Source of the DNA: Octopus bimaculoides
Lineage: Eukaryota
Reading direction: 5' to 3'
Length of the DNA stretch: 64,000 nucleotides
NCBI RefSeq assembly: GCF_001194135.2
Contig: NC_068981.1
Location: forward strand, 100,347,932 to 100,411,931
The notes under the pieces are model-generated. The model was not told the origin of the DNA and did not search any database. It worked only from the letters and a program-made list of their open reading frames with translations. Position numbers and translations under genes: made by a program. Positions 53,279-64,000 of the stretch are shown here, one piece after another; position 1 is the first letter of the stretch; every line of letters begins with the position of its first letter.

Positions 53279-53625
53279 TTAGAAAGTGATGTGGCTCTTC
53301 TAGACTATTCCATCTGGCAGCAGCAGAAGCACATCTTATATTAATAGCATTAGCATCATTTTTAAGATGATGAATGCCAACACTGTCGATAGTCTCTTTA
53401 TCTGTTACTCCGCCATTATTCTCCTGATCATTATTACCATTGAAAACTTCAATTACAAAAATTGGATTATCCAGACCTTTTTTCTTGTCAGGTGCATCGT
53501 TTTCTGTCTTGTTTATTTCTTTTAATAAAGGAACTTTAATATTCTCGCAAAGTGTTTCATTAACAGCAGCTTTTCCTTCACTAGATTCACTTGACTGTTT
53601 GACATGCATCTTGGTTAGATTTGTG
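53279..53625 (-). CDS. Probable host protein-coding exon (347 nt, 115 open codons); product not recognised
   Basis: Pyrimidine-rich acceptor tttatttcactcatttcag| and consensus donor |GTAAGT; open frame (T)NLTKMHVKQSSE...GLDNPIFVIE...RCASAAARWNSLEEPHHFL with normal amino-acid complexity in AT-rich DNA; no TE motif. ATG at 53609 has A at -3. Confidence 0.7.
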
Positions 53626-53698
53626 CTGAAATGAGTGAAATAAACATGGTTTTTAAATTCTGTTATGTTTAAGAAATATATAAAGTTAATATAAAGTT

Positions 53699-54097
53699 CG
53701 CAGGAGTGGCTGTGTGGTAAGTAGCTTGCTTACCAACCACATGGTTCCAGGTTCAGTCCTACTGCGTGGCACCTTGGTCAAGTGTCTTCTACTATAGCCT
53801 TGGGCCGACCAAAGCCTTGTGAGTGGATTTGGTAGACAGAAACTGAAAGAAGCCTATCGTATATATGTATATGTATATATATGTGTGTTTGTGTGTCTGT
53901 GTTTGTCCCCCCAACATCGCTTGACAACCGATGCTGGTGTGTTTATGTCCCCGTAACTTAGCGGTTCAGCAAAAGAGACGATAGAATAAGTACTAGGCTT
54001 ACAAAGAATAGGTCCTGGGGTCGATTTGCTCGACTAAAGGCAGTGCTCCAGCATGGCCACAGTCAAATGACTGAAACAAGTAAAAGAGTAAAGAGTA
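53699..54097 (+). mobile_element. SINE family A, near-complete young copy (reference for the family)
   Basis: tRNA-like head (ggagtggctgtgtggtaag...ggttcagtcc), (TA)/(TG) linker and aagagtaaaagagta tail. Confidence 0.9.
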
Positions 54098-54400
54098 CAA
54101 TAATAGTCTAAAGTGGAGAATTTGTTTTGTTTTTGTTTTTTCTTTTTGCTTTTTTTTAGTGCTTAGTCACAAGGGCAGAACAGTGCACATGGTCCTTTAC
54201 ACAGACTCTAAGACTAGTGGGAACAAGGGAGACAGGGAAATATCCTTAAATCAAAAACTTGGTCTGAATATTTACAACAGAGTGGACTCCGCTAAAGTCC
54301 CCCCACAGACCAGATATTGGTGTTAAACTGAGCACCAGATTAAGTGTCTCACCTAAGCAGGCCACAGTGAGATTTAAACTCAGAATGTAAAGAGTTAATA

Positions 54401-55152
54401 TCAGGTCATCCCATAAGTTCTGTCCGATTTTAACTTTTTTTAAAATTGAATGAAATTTAATAGTATTTTAGAATGTCTAATGGAATTAAAAATTATTTTT
54501 ATGCATTAGTGTACCTTTAAACTAATTAAATAGTATTTTAGAGAATAATAGAATTAAAATTTCTTTGATTAAAACCCTTTCTAACATGGAGGTATCCAAA
54601 GGGCATTTAAGGCACATAATGCTTTATGAGTACAAAAAAATGAAACTCTGCAGCCGAAGCAACTTGAAACATACACTCAGTTCATGGGAAAGAATGCTTG
54701 AATGAAAGAACTTGCAGAAGATGGTTTGCAAAATTCAGAAGTGGAGATTTCAACCTTGAAGATGAAGATCAAACAGGATGTCCAGTTGAGTTTGATGATA
54801 AGCTCCTTGACGACGGATGGATCTTCTATCGAAATGTTAAATGTCGCAAACAGTGGCTTGGTAAAAGGGAAAAAGCTCAACCACAACCGAGAAGGGAACT
54901 TCACGGAAAAAAGGTTCTCTCTATCTGGTGGGATTGCAAAGGAGTAATTCACTTTGAATTGTTACCACCTAATGCAACAATCAATGCTTAAGTCTACTGT
55001 CAGCAATTAGCGTGTTTGAACCAAGCTTTGAAGAAAAGATCCGCTTTAGTGAATTGAAAAGGAGTGATGTTTCATCAGGACAATGTGTGACCTCACACTG
55101 CAAAGATCACATCACAGAAGATCGAAGAGCTTGGTTGGGAAAAAATTCCTCC
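54401..55152 (+). mobile_element. Mariner deletion derivative, 3'-truncated
   Basis: TA plus TIR tcaggtcatcccataag; MEVSKGHLRH...RTCRRWFAKFRSG; internal deletion before DGWIFY; FHQDNV*PH; no right TIR. Confidence 0.9.
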
Positions 55153-55593
55153 ATTGATTGGATCAACTGGAACCCTCATCATCGTAACTGATGGAGTGCT
55201 AGTTATACTAATTAGACAGTGAAGCTGCTGTACCTTATCTGTGGTTCAGTGTTTATGCATAGTTACTGCATAAATGCTTCGTAAAAGGATAGTAGTTGTT
55301 TAGCCCCCACAAGTTGGCTCGGATCAAGCAATGATATGATCAGAGACATCAAAGACCATCCCATGTTTTTCTATATTAACAATTACAATATCGAATGTGT
55401 CTTTATTTTAGAAGATAGTAAGTGTGTGTTCTGAAATAGAGCTGGTTGCTATTTCTAGCATATTAAGCAACTACATTGCCTCATAAATAGGTAAATAGAT
55501 AATAGCACAGGTACAGCTTGCAATTGTGAGCACTAAAAACAATTTATAAACATCAAGTGTTCCATTAACATGTAGTATTGGAATCAAATTCAC

Positions 55594-55689
55594 CTGCAAT
55601 CCTTCAGAAGGAAAAGGGAACTCAGGGTGTGTTTCCTTAAAAATCTTGTTGATGCTTGATCTACCCAAGACACCTAGAGCTGCATGCAA
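55594..55689 (-). CDS. Candidate 96-nt coding exon (LHAALGVLGRSSINKIFKETHPEFPFPSEGLQ)
   Basis: Acceptor atcactcttcag| and donor CAG|GTGAAT; only one frame is open; same strand as, and upstream of, the 53279-53625 exon. Confidence 0.4.
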
Positions 55690-56049
55690 CTGAAGAGTGA
55701 TCCTTATTATTTTGGAAGGTTCTTTAATATCCTATAAATTAATGTATAGAAGGGACTGGGATGTGGCATGGATTTTATTTTGAGATAGAAATGTAAATAG
55801 GAGTCGAACTGAGTTGAGTGATCACACACACACACACACATATATTGATACACATACATACATATACGCACACACATATATATATATATACACACACATA
55901 CATATACGCACACACATATATATATATACACACACAGATATGTATACATATATCTATATAGGTATCTACAAGTGTGTGTGTTTATACACACACATATATC
56001 TATCTATAAAAATAAATGTAAAATAAACACTAACTTTAAAATGGATCAA

Positions 56050-57045
56050 AATCAGAGAATACTTACTCTTTCGAAAAACAGGAATAAGTATCAAAATTAT
56101 GATCTAAACTTGAAGAATAATTTATGGTTAATCATTCTATTTGGTAAACAGGTCAATTTTACCAAGTTGTTTAATATAGCAATTCAAAAATATTTTCCAA
56201 GAAACCACAAATATTACAAAATTCTTAACTGATATAAGATTAGATTGGATTATTGTCTAAGCCATAATATTGCACAAATTATAGCAGCACATAATGTTAA
56301 AATAATATCGAAATTTCAAAAAAAGCGATTACAATCAGAATAGCATAATAAATTTGAAGCATAATAACACCAAATGCAACAAAAAAAATTAAAATAGTAG
56401 GGAACACTAAGAAATTAACTGAGGAGAAAGAAACAACCCAATTTAACATAAATAATAATGTCAAATCGAATAAAAATTCAGTTAGAAATTGAACAAAAAT
56501 AACATTATCTAAAGGAGTAAATAGTAAAAAGGAACTTGGTGAAAATGAATTTAATTCTATAATGAATGATCAAATTGAATCTAAATCTGATGGAAATATA
56601 AAAGGTTGTCTTTGCAATTGTTCTCAAAGAGAATCTTGTTATGTAGAAAATAAGGGTAAAACTAAAAATATATTATATAGATGTATAGTTACATCTAAGG
56701 GTAAGGAATTCTTTTACATCGGTAGGGCATCATTAATTTTTAAGAAGAGACTGGTAAATCATTTGAGCTCATTTAAAGACAAAAATAAAGGTTCCAAATG
56801 AGTCTTAGCAAATTAATCTGGTCTTTTAAGGATAATAACAAGGATTATATGAATAAATGAGAGTTAATTTGTACTACAAAACCATACAAATGTGACCTAT
56901 GTTTAGGAACCAATAGATGTGACCTATGTTTAGAAGAATTTTACAGGATTCTCACATCCAAGGGTAATGTAATAAATTCTAGATGTGAGCAAACATTGAG
57001 ATTCTTGCACATGAGGAAATTCACTTTTGTAAAGTATAAATGAAT
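56050..57045 (+). mobile_element. Second, distinct Penelope-like remnant (thumb plus GIY-YIG with Cys motifs)
   Basis: QKYFPRNHKYY...IAQIIAAHN; CLCNCSQRESC...KNILYRCIV...FFYIGRA...FKKRLVNHLSSF; CDLCLEE. Confidence 0.8.
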
Positions 57046-57205
57046 AGTTATCATTTAAACTATACAAGGTTTGAAATGATGGACTGAAAATGTTTATCTA
57101 ATAAGAACTTGAAATAGAGATTGTCTGTGTCTCACTTAACAGACAGCTCTCAATTATACAATGCAGAGTTTATAAAAGAATATCATTAAACAGTCATAAA
57201 GAGGG

Positions 57206-57288
57206 ATCCCTGAAGAGATTGCACCATTTTATAGTAGGGTTACAATTGCAACGATAATTAATCAGTGCAATTGAAACATGTGTTAGTC
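57206..57288 (+). ncRNA. Type-I hammerhead-like motif downstream of the PLE
   Basis: CTGAAGA-GATTGCAC(long loop)GTGCAATT-GAAAC-ATGT-GTT; the core is intact but stem I pairs poorly. Confidence 0.6.
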
Positions 57289-57365
57289 TTAAAAGGCTGT
57301 ATATAATTATAGAATTAAAGGTAATGCTATTGCGACTTGAGAGTAATCCTTATTTTTAATATTGT

Positions 57366-57366
57366 C

Positions 57367-57397
<31 letters not shown>

Positions 57398-58520
57398 AAT
57401 TTGACATGGGCAAGTGTTGTATTCTTTCTTGTCTTGAGGTTCACAATCAAACGGTTGAGTGGATTCACATGAAAAATGGCACACATGTGGAGATGGGTGC
57501 ATAGCCCCGATAGTTACTGAGAAAATCGATTAAAACAACCTGTGTGTGTACACGTGTGTGCGTGTGAGTGTGTGTCACTGAAACCATTCATACATACATA
57601 CATACATACATACGTACATAACCACTCTCTCTCTCTTTCTCTCCCTCTGTCAATCACTCACACATTCACTCATTACAAAAACTGAATGAAATTTCAGTTA
57701 TCTCTCTCTCTCTCTCTCTCTCATATACACACACACCATCAACATTACTCTCTCTGTCTCTTCACACACACTCACAGAAGCAATTCATATACACACCACA
57801 CATTCTGTCTCTCACACCCCATCAAACACACACACACACACATATACACACTCACACACATGCACAACAATTCTTCCGTCTCACGCAACTTCAAAAGAAC
57901 TTCACTCATATACAACCGCACTTTCTCCGTCTCTTTCACGCCAACTTCAAAAGATCCCCTTTTTTCCCCAAAATATTTTCACTTGTCTGGGCATTGCTAT
58001 TACAGACAAATTCACAACAATTTGACTCGAGAGATAAACACAAACCACCTCGTGCTGACTGCAAAACTCCCGCCAAATTATCCGCAAAAACACACACACA
58101 CGTCCATTTCATATAACTTCTTTCAATTTCTGCTCTCTGATTAGACAGACGTCTAATACAATAGCTCTCAGCAACATTTTATTCTCTAAAAAGGTACGTG
58201 TCTATTTTTTCTATAAGCGTATAACAATGACTTATTCCATACTTCTCCACTTAGCTTTTATCTTCACTTTTCTTAAATTAGATACATCTGCTATTAAGTT
58301 GCAAAATTTTGGCAGTACAGTTACAAATCATTTCTACTTTACTTCTTACATACAATTTCCCTGTAAATTCTTACAGCTTCATTTTTTGGTGATGATTAAA
58401 ATGTCAAACATTTTCTAACTGTTAAAGCAATTCTTAACGTCAACTTCTTAATGCCTCTTCTATTTTTTTTCCTAGCCCCCATACTTAGCAAGAAAATCGA
58501 TTAAAACTTTTTCTAATGCA
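57366..58520 (+). mobile_element. Possible non-autonomous Helitron-like element with internal microsatellites
   Basis: Starts TC-tatatata...; the motif gaaaatcgattaaaac occurs at ~57520 and ~58495; CpG-rich interior. No CTRR/hairpin end identified. Confidence 0.35.
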
Positions 58521-58857
58521 ATTCCCCTCTTTGTTTCATCATTAAAACAACCAGTTGCTCACACAGCAACAAGGGGACTACAGGATGACAGTCAGCCAAA
58601 ACTTTCGCTATGCAGTCTCTCTTCTTTCACCTCTTTGTGGGGTTAATTATCTTCATCTTTAGTTACAGTTTCTCATTCAAACTACATAATACGCAGAATT
58701 GTTGCATTAGTACAGTAGGGTGTTTTGAAGGAGATTTGGCTGCTGTTTCTACCAGGTCTACCTACCATGTAAAGGTCTGAACTTAATTTTCATTCACAGA
58801 TTTGCATTTCAAAAATTTAACATAATCTTTTCTATAAATCAACTATCGTAAAATTTT

Positions 58858-58933
58858 CTACCATGACCTCACATTTTCTATGTATGTGTGTGTACCTACC
58901 ATGACCTCGCATTTTCTATGTATGTGTGTGTGT
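58858..58933. repeat. 38-bp tandem duplication
   Basis: ctaccatgacctc(a/g)cattttctatgtatgtgtgtgtac x2. Confidence 0.95.
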
Positions 58934-59229
58934 ACCTTAAAAGACGTGATTAGACAGCAGTCGAACAGAATAGTTCTCAGAAACAGACTACGTACAAATT
59001 CTTTCTTCACAACTCCTGAAGCTGTTTTCTGCAAAGATATTTTGGAATGACTTCTGCCCTCACCATTTTCTCCCAAATTTGTTTATTTTTTAAATTCTTT
59101 TTGCCAAAAATCCCCATTTTCGGATATGGAGGTTCAGGAAAATTGCCAAAAATTGGCATTGTGAGATTTTCCACACTTGACCCCAACTTCTTCAATTTTG
59201 ACTTTTTTCCCCAATAATAATTTTATTCT

Positions 59230-59622
59230 TTTATTCTAAGTTGTAAATTTTGCCCGAGAAATAAAGCAAATAATCACCAAATGCATTGTTAAGAATCTGC
59301 AACTCGACAGCAAATATCTCCAAATTGATTAGAAATGCATAAATTTAATAATAACAATGTTTTTGAGATTCCGGTTCGAATGACATGAGTGTTTTTGTTT
59401 CACTTTTGACACGTAATACTTAAATAGTGGAGGAGATATGATGTTGGTGTGGGCTGGAAGTATGCAAAAAGTTAAAAAAATTTTTTACTAAAACACAACC
59501 GGGACCCTAAGTAAGGCATGTGTAAAATTTGAATGAAATTGGTTGTGTAGTTCTGGAGTTTTAGGGATTCACACAGACACACGCACACACAGACATACAT
59601 TCTCAATTTTATATATATATAG
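59230..59622 (-). mobile_element. Non-autonomous Helitron-like element, 5' part
   Basis: The minus strand begins atctatatatatataaaattgagaatgtatgtctgtgtgtg...accaatttcattcaaatttt, the usual layout of animal non-autonomous Helitrons. Confidence 0.6.
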
Positions 59623-60080
59623 ATAACCAGATCTATATATGTATCTACATATGTCTATATATATATATATGCATATATAATAATTTGAAAATCCTGCACG
59701 ACCAGGTGAAAAACGCTTTATTTAATATGTGACATTAATAAAAATCTGTAAATGTACAAACATCCAGATTTCTGAGTACCTTAATTTTTTTCTATATAAT
59801 TTCTGTACATCATCTCCAAACCTTCAAATATATATATATATATATATATGGACATAAAACAATGATGATGATGATGGTGAGGATGATGATGATGATGATA
59901 TGTGTGTGTATACACACACACACATATATATTTATACATATCTATCTATTTATCTATCTATCTGTATATACATATTATTAGAGGAAAACAGACAACAAAA
60001 ACCAAGGCAGGACAAGTATCTCAAGTTATTTAGAATATTTAATTAAAGGTGAATTTGAGGTAATTAATTAATTATTAGAT

Positions 60081-60150
60081 GTCTTACAGCTGTTTTGGGG
60101 ATATCCCAAGTGATAGTTTAGCATCTACTGGGTATTCCATCATCAGAGAC
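60081..60150 (-). ncRNA. Degenerate type-I hammerhead ribozyme
   Basis: GTCT-CTGATGA-(stem II)-AAAAC-AGCT-GTA-AGAC: perfect 4-bp stem I and palindromic AGCT loop, with G12 replaced by A. Confidence 0.7.
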
Positions 60151-60384
60151 AAAGTGAGTGTGTATGAAAGTTCTAGACAGGGAGTTCACAGTTTATAAAG
60201 GAATAAATTAGTAGATAGAAGAATAAAGAGTAAAACAGAAGATAGAAGAACACAGACAGGAGAATAAAGTTCACAGCTCATCTTCTTCCAGAGGGTATGG
60301 AGGTTGGTCCATACTTTCATGAAGCTATAGGTCCTTAAGTCTAGTCCCAGGTAAATCCAGACAGTATTTTGTACAAAATGAGAG

Positions 60385-60417
60385 TTTGAGGTTTCGAGCG
60401 TAGTTCTTCATCAGAAA
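60385..60417 (-). ncRNA. Near-intact minimal type-I hammerhead ribozyme
   Basis: TTT-CTGATGA-A-GAAC-TAC-GCTC-GAAA-CC-TC-AAA: both core strands are present, with one mismatch in stem II and one in stem III. Confidence 0.65.
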
Positions 60418-60670
60418 GGAGAAAAGGAAAAGTTCAGAGAAGGAAAAGAAATCACCAACGGCACACATGTGTGTATGTACATGCCTCCATATTTTGACTT
60501 TGCATGATAAAATGAGTGTCACCATCATACAAGCGATGTCATTCATTTCTAGTCTTTCATGTAAACATGTCTGGCCAAGGGAAAATATTACCTTGTTCGG
60601 AAACAAGTGGTGGTTGGTAACAGAAACAGTATATTACTGTAAAAAACTTGTATATACATATATATATATA

Positions 60671-61032
60671 CAGGTTGTCACTGACTTACGACCACAGTTG
60701 GTTCCAACTGACTGGCTGTAAGTTGATCTGGTCATAAGTTGGCCTATAGGTCTACATAGCACTGTTTTATATCTGTTTTATATGTTCTTAAGGTACATTT
60801 ATATCTGTTTTATATGTTCTTAAGGTACATTCTCAGGTAAAAGTCACACACAGCATTCTGTATTATACTATTATACTGGTGTTAGTCAAAAATTTCAGAG
60901 TCCCAAGCAGTTCTAAGAAATTAAACCCATTAGATTTCAACTGGACTATTTATTATTGCTGCCGGAAGCTGGCACGCCAATCGTCATAAAGTTGATTGGT
61001 CGTAAGTCAGGTCATAAGTCAACGATGACCTG
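60671..61032. mobile_element. Tigger/pogo-like MITE
   Basis: TIRs caggttgtcactgacttacgacc / ggtcataagtcaacgatgacctg, flanked by TA. Confidence 0.8.
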
Positions 61033-61541
61033 TACACATATCCAGCTGTAGAAACCATGGCCTTCCAACTTGTTAGATCCTATCAAACCATCTAACCCAT
61101 GCCAACATGGAAAACAGAGGTTAAATGATGATGATGATACATAAGGACAAAATAGGACATTAGGGTTCTTAGAATGATGTAATTTAATAGTCATCAGGCC
61201 TATTGTAGATGTTTCTGTGTATTTGAACACTTAATTGCAGGGTTGGAAATGCAGAAGCAAACTGCCTCTTGCATGTGCTGGTGGGCTTTCATTTTGAATA
61301 TCTTTTGTTGTTGTAATTATTGTTTTCATTGTTGCAGCTTGGTCCCAAGTCAACAATACTAGACCCCACTTGATCAAAGGAATTCGTCTTGTGAACTGCT
61401 TGCTAACTTCACAAGTGCCAGTAAAATGAAAAAGGCAATCAATACTCTATGGTTTGTATTAGGAAAGGCATCCATGCATCCATAGAAACCATGCCAAAAC
61501 AAACATAGGAGCTTAAACTATCCAACCCATTCCAATGTGGA

Positions 61542-61739
61542 ATCTGTTCAGTTTGGCTCACAGATTTTTTAATTAATTTTTTTTTAACTAAACACAAAAT
61601 AACTTTTAAAACACTAAATTTTGTCAAAAATGTTCAAAGTAAACCATGTTCTGGGTGAGAAATTCCACCAGTATACGAAGTTTCAAACTGTTTAGTTAAA
61701 TAAGATCAATTAAAAAATCTGGGCCAAACTGAACAGATC
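61542..61739. mobile_element. MITE with ~55-bp TIRs inserted in an RTE 3' tail
   Basis: atctgttcagtttggc..cagattttttaatt / aattaaaaaatctgggccaaactgaacagat; flanks ccaatgtggaa and ccaacatggaa. Confidence 0.8.
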
Positions 61740-62354
61740 CCCAACATGGAATATGGACACTAAATGTTAATGATGACAAAGTATTTGAGGGAGATTTGGC
61801 TGCTGTTTCTAACAGATAAAATAATGAATAGAGACACACTAATTTTTTTTACATTGTGTTGGTGGTCTTCAGACAGAGTTTCCATGGAGTTTAGTTTTAA
61901 ATGAAGCACACTGTTTAGATTCTATGTTGTGGAGACAATGGAAGCCCATATATGATTTGTTTCCACTTATATTTCTATGCTAATCTCCTATACCTATATT
62001 TCTGTGATGTGAATGTAGTAAACCTGGAGCAGTTTTTTAATACTTTTGTCTCCATATCTTGTTTATTTTTGTAGTTGAGTTTTACGACTGGTTATATTTC
62101 ATGTTCTTTCATGTTGCAGGTAAGAGATATGCCAGATGCTCTATATACTATGTTTGGAACCAGATTTCTAGGTTGCTGACATCTGAAATATGGTATATAT
62201 ATCCATTAATTTGTTTTATTCATTCATCTAACATCTGTTTTTCCATACTAGCATGGGTCAGACAGAGACCTTTTTCATGCAAAAAGCTGAATGTACTTCC
62301 TGACTTCAACCCTTACTTGGTAAGCATTTTATTCCAAAGTCCTTTGAAAGTGTA

Positions 62355-62597
62355 CAGCATGGTTCTCAGCCAGGGTCTAGAGAATATTTTGTTATTAAAA
62401 ATTATGTGCAATAAATCAGTTATATTTCTACATTACACAAGATATTTAAACAACTTTTTTTTAAAATACAATTCTTAATAATATTTAATTTTAAAAAATG
62501 ATGGGATGTTTTTAAAACTTCAAATAGCTATGTAGATCCAGTAGAGTAAAACAGGAATCAGAGGGGTTCATGGGCAAAAAATGATTGAGAACCACTC
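62355..62597. mobile_element. hAT (Charlie-like) MITE relic
   Basis: Ends cagcatggttctcagcc / gattgagaaccact resemble CAGTGGTTCTCAA-type TIRs. Confidence 0.6.
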
Positions 62598-63080
62598 CAA
62601 ACATAACGTCAACAATCAATTTAAAGATCATCACTGATTTACTCACCTGATGACAGGACAGGTAGAACATCAACATTTACACACACTCATACATATGCAT
62701 GCATATCTAACATATGTTGCATTACATTCCATGCATTACATTCCATACATTAGGTATCCTACAGTGTCTATGTACTAAATTTTCTCACAAAGCATTGGTT
62801 GGTCTAAGACCAAGACACGTTTACCTTCTACTTGTGTGTGTGTGTGTGTGTGTGTGTGCACTCATGCACGCATGTGTGTCTATATTATGTAGGTAGGGTG
62901 AAATCTCAGCTGTTCTCTTTTGAAGCACATCTGCTTATTCCATTATTACAATCTAATATGTAACTGCTGTTGTTGTTGTACAGATGCAAGCTACATATTA
63001 GAGTTGAAAATTCTGGAAATATTGTTTGCAGAGTTATTGTATAACAAAACAGGAAAATTTATTGGTATTATATATTTTGC

Positions 63081-63295
63081 ATTACACACGTTTCATTTGC
63101 TAAAAGGAATTACAGAGTTTTACATGTTAGATAAACAAGTAAGGAATTTCCTATCAGAAATTCTTCAGATACAAAATCAAATAATATTAAATTATTTAAT
63201 TTTTTATCTGAAGAATTTCTGATATGAAATTCATTACATGTCTATCTAACATGTAAAATTCTGTAATTCCTGTTAGCAAATGAAACATGTGTAAT
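63081..63295. repeat. ~215-bp near-perfect palindrome/hairpin
   Basis: 63081-63172 versus the reverse complement of 63204-63295, about 90% identical; the AT-rich centre also pairs. Confidence 0.92.
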
Positions 63296-63340
63296 GGTGA
63301 ATAAATGATAATAAATTTTCCAACTTTATGTCTTGTTATA

Positions 63341-63424
<84 letters not shown>

Positions 63425-64000
63425 CTTTTAGGCTGAAAACTTGCTTAATTATTATTCTGAGTTTTATGGTGAACTGGAAAGGTTAATTTAAAATAGATAA
63501 ATATTGTAAAACTCTACAAGAGAGATTGTGCACTTATATTTTTCCTTATTCACATATCTTTGTACAATTACATAACCCCCACCCCCTACACATACACATA
63601 CAGAAGAGAGGGAAATTTTCAGGCAGACAAGCCCTCTAGTGTTAAAAGCAGGTTAAAATTCACCTAGACCCCACTTTGAATTGGTTAGTGATAGGAAGGG
63701 TATCCAACCCTAAGAAAACCCACATCAAAAGATGTGATATAGATGATGGACAAAGAGAGGTGGTTGTCTCTGTTGAAAGGGATATCATTTGCTAAAGGAC
63801 TATGATCAGACACTTTACTGTAGTGCACCCATCCAATGCATGCCACATGGATAAACAGACATAAATGCAATATGTTTGTACTCATATGTATATATGTACT
63901 GTGAGTAGGAGTGTTCAGTGAATTAATATTTCTTGGCTAAATAACATTTTGATGAATGTTTAGCCTAGTATAATAATAAAAATAATTAGCTAGTGTATAG

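Noticed and set aside
53279-53320. RxNxxxxPxHxL resemblance to the N-terminus of ZDHHC1/11 palmitoyltransferases
   Set aside because: Too few matching residues and no DHHC exon seen, so no gene symbol is assigned.
57686-58144. 152-aa plus-strand ORF
   Set aside because: It starts in CT/CA microsatellites, is low in complexity, and has no splice or homology support.
62059-62478. 139-aa plus-strand ORF, and a phase-compatible minus-strand 'exon' PWLRTMLYTFKGLWNKMLT (~62317-62376)
   Set aside because: Both overlap a hAT-like MITE end, competing splice signals exist on both strands, and no domain is recognisable.

Overview
Eukaryotic, AT-rich, repeat-dominated draft-assembly DNA with five N-gaps. 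It looks like mollusc/octopus intronic or intergenic sequence; the species is inferred from repeat style, not verified. There are no prokaryotic features and no CRISPR array. Most of the window is transposon debris: RTE LINE fragments, one 5'-truncated L1/Tx1 copy, two different Penelope-like (RT plus GIY-YIG) remnants, three mariner copies (one full-length with TIRs and TA duplication), a Tc1, a DD37D (maT-type) relic, piggyBac-, hAT- and Tigger-like MITEs, Helitron-like ends, at least five tRNA-derived SINE families and dense microsatellites. One well-supported host coding exon lies on the minus strand (53279-53625, product not recognised), with a second candidate at 55594-55689. The most notable signals are several minimal type-I hammerhead ribozyme motifs, including a tRNA-headed SINE that carries a hammerhead and is folded back on itself into a ~380-bp palindrome, and an unusually rich set of long hairpins. 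All alignments and folds were done by eye, and repeat boundaries are approximate unless a TSD or TIR is quoted.
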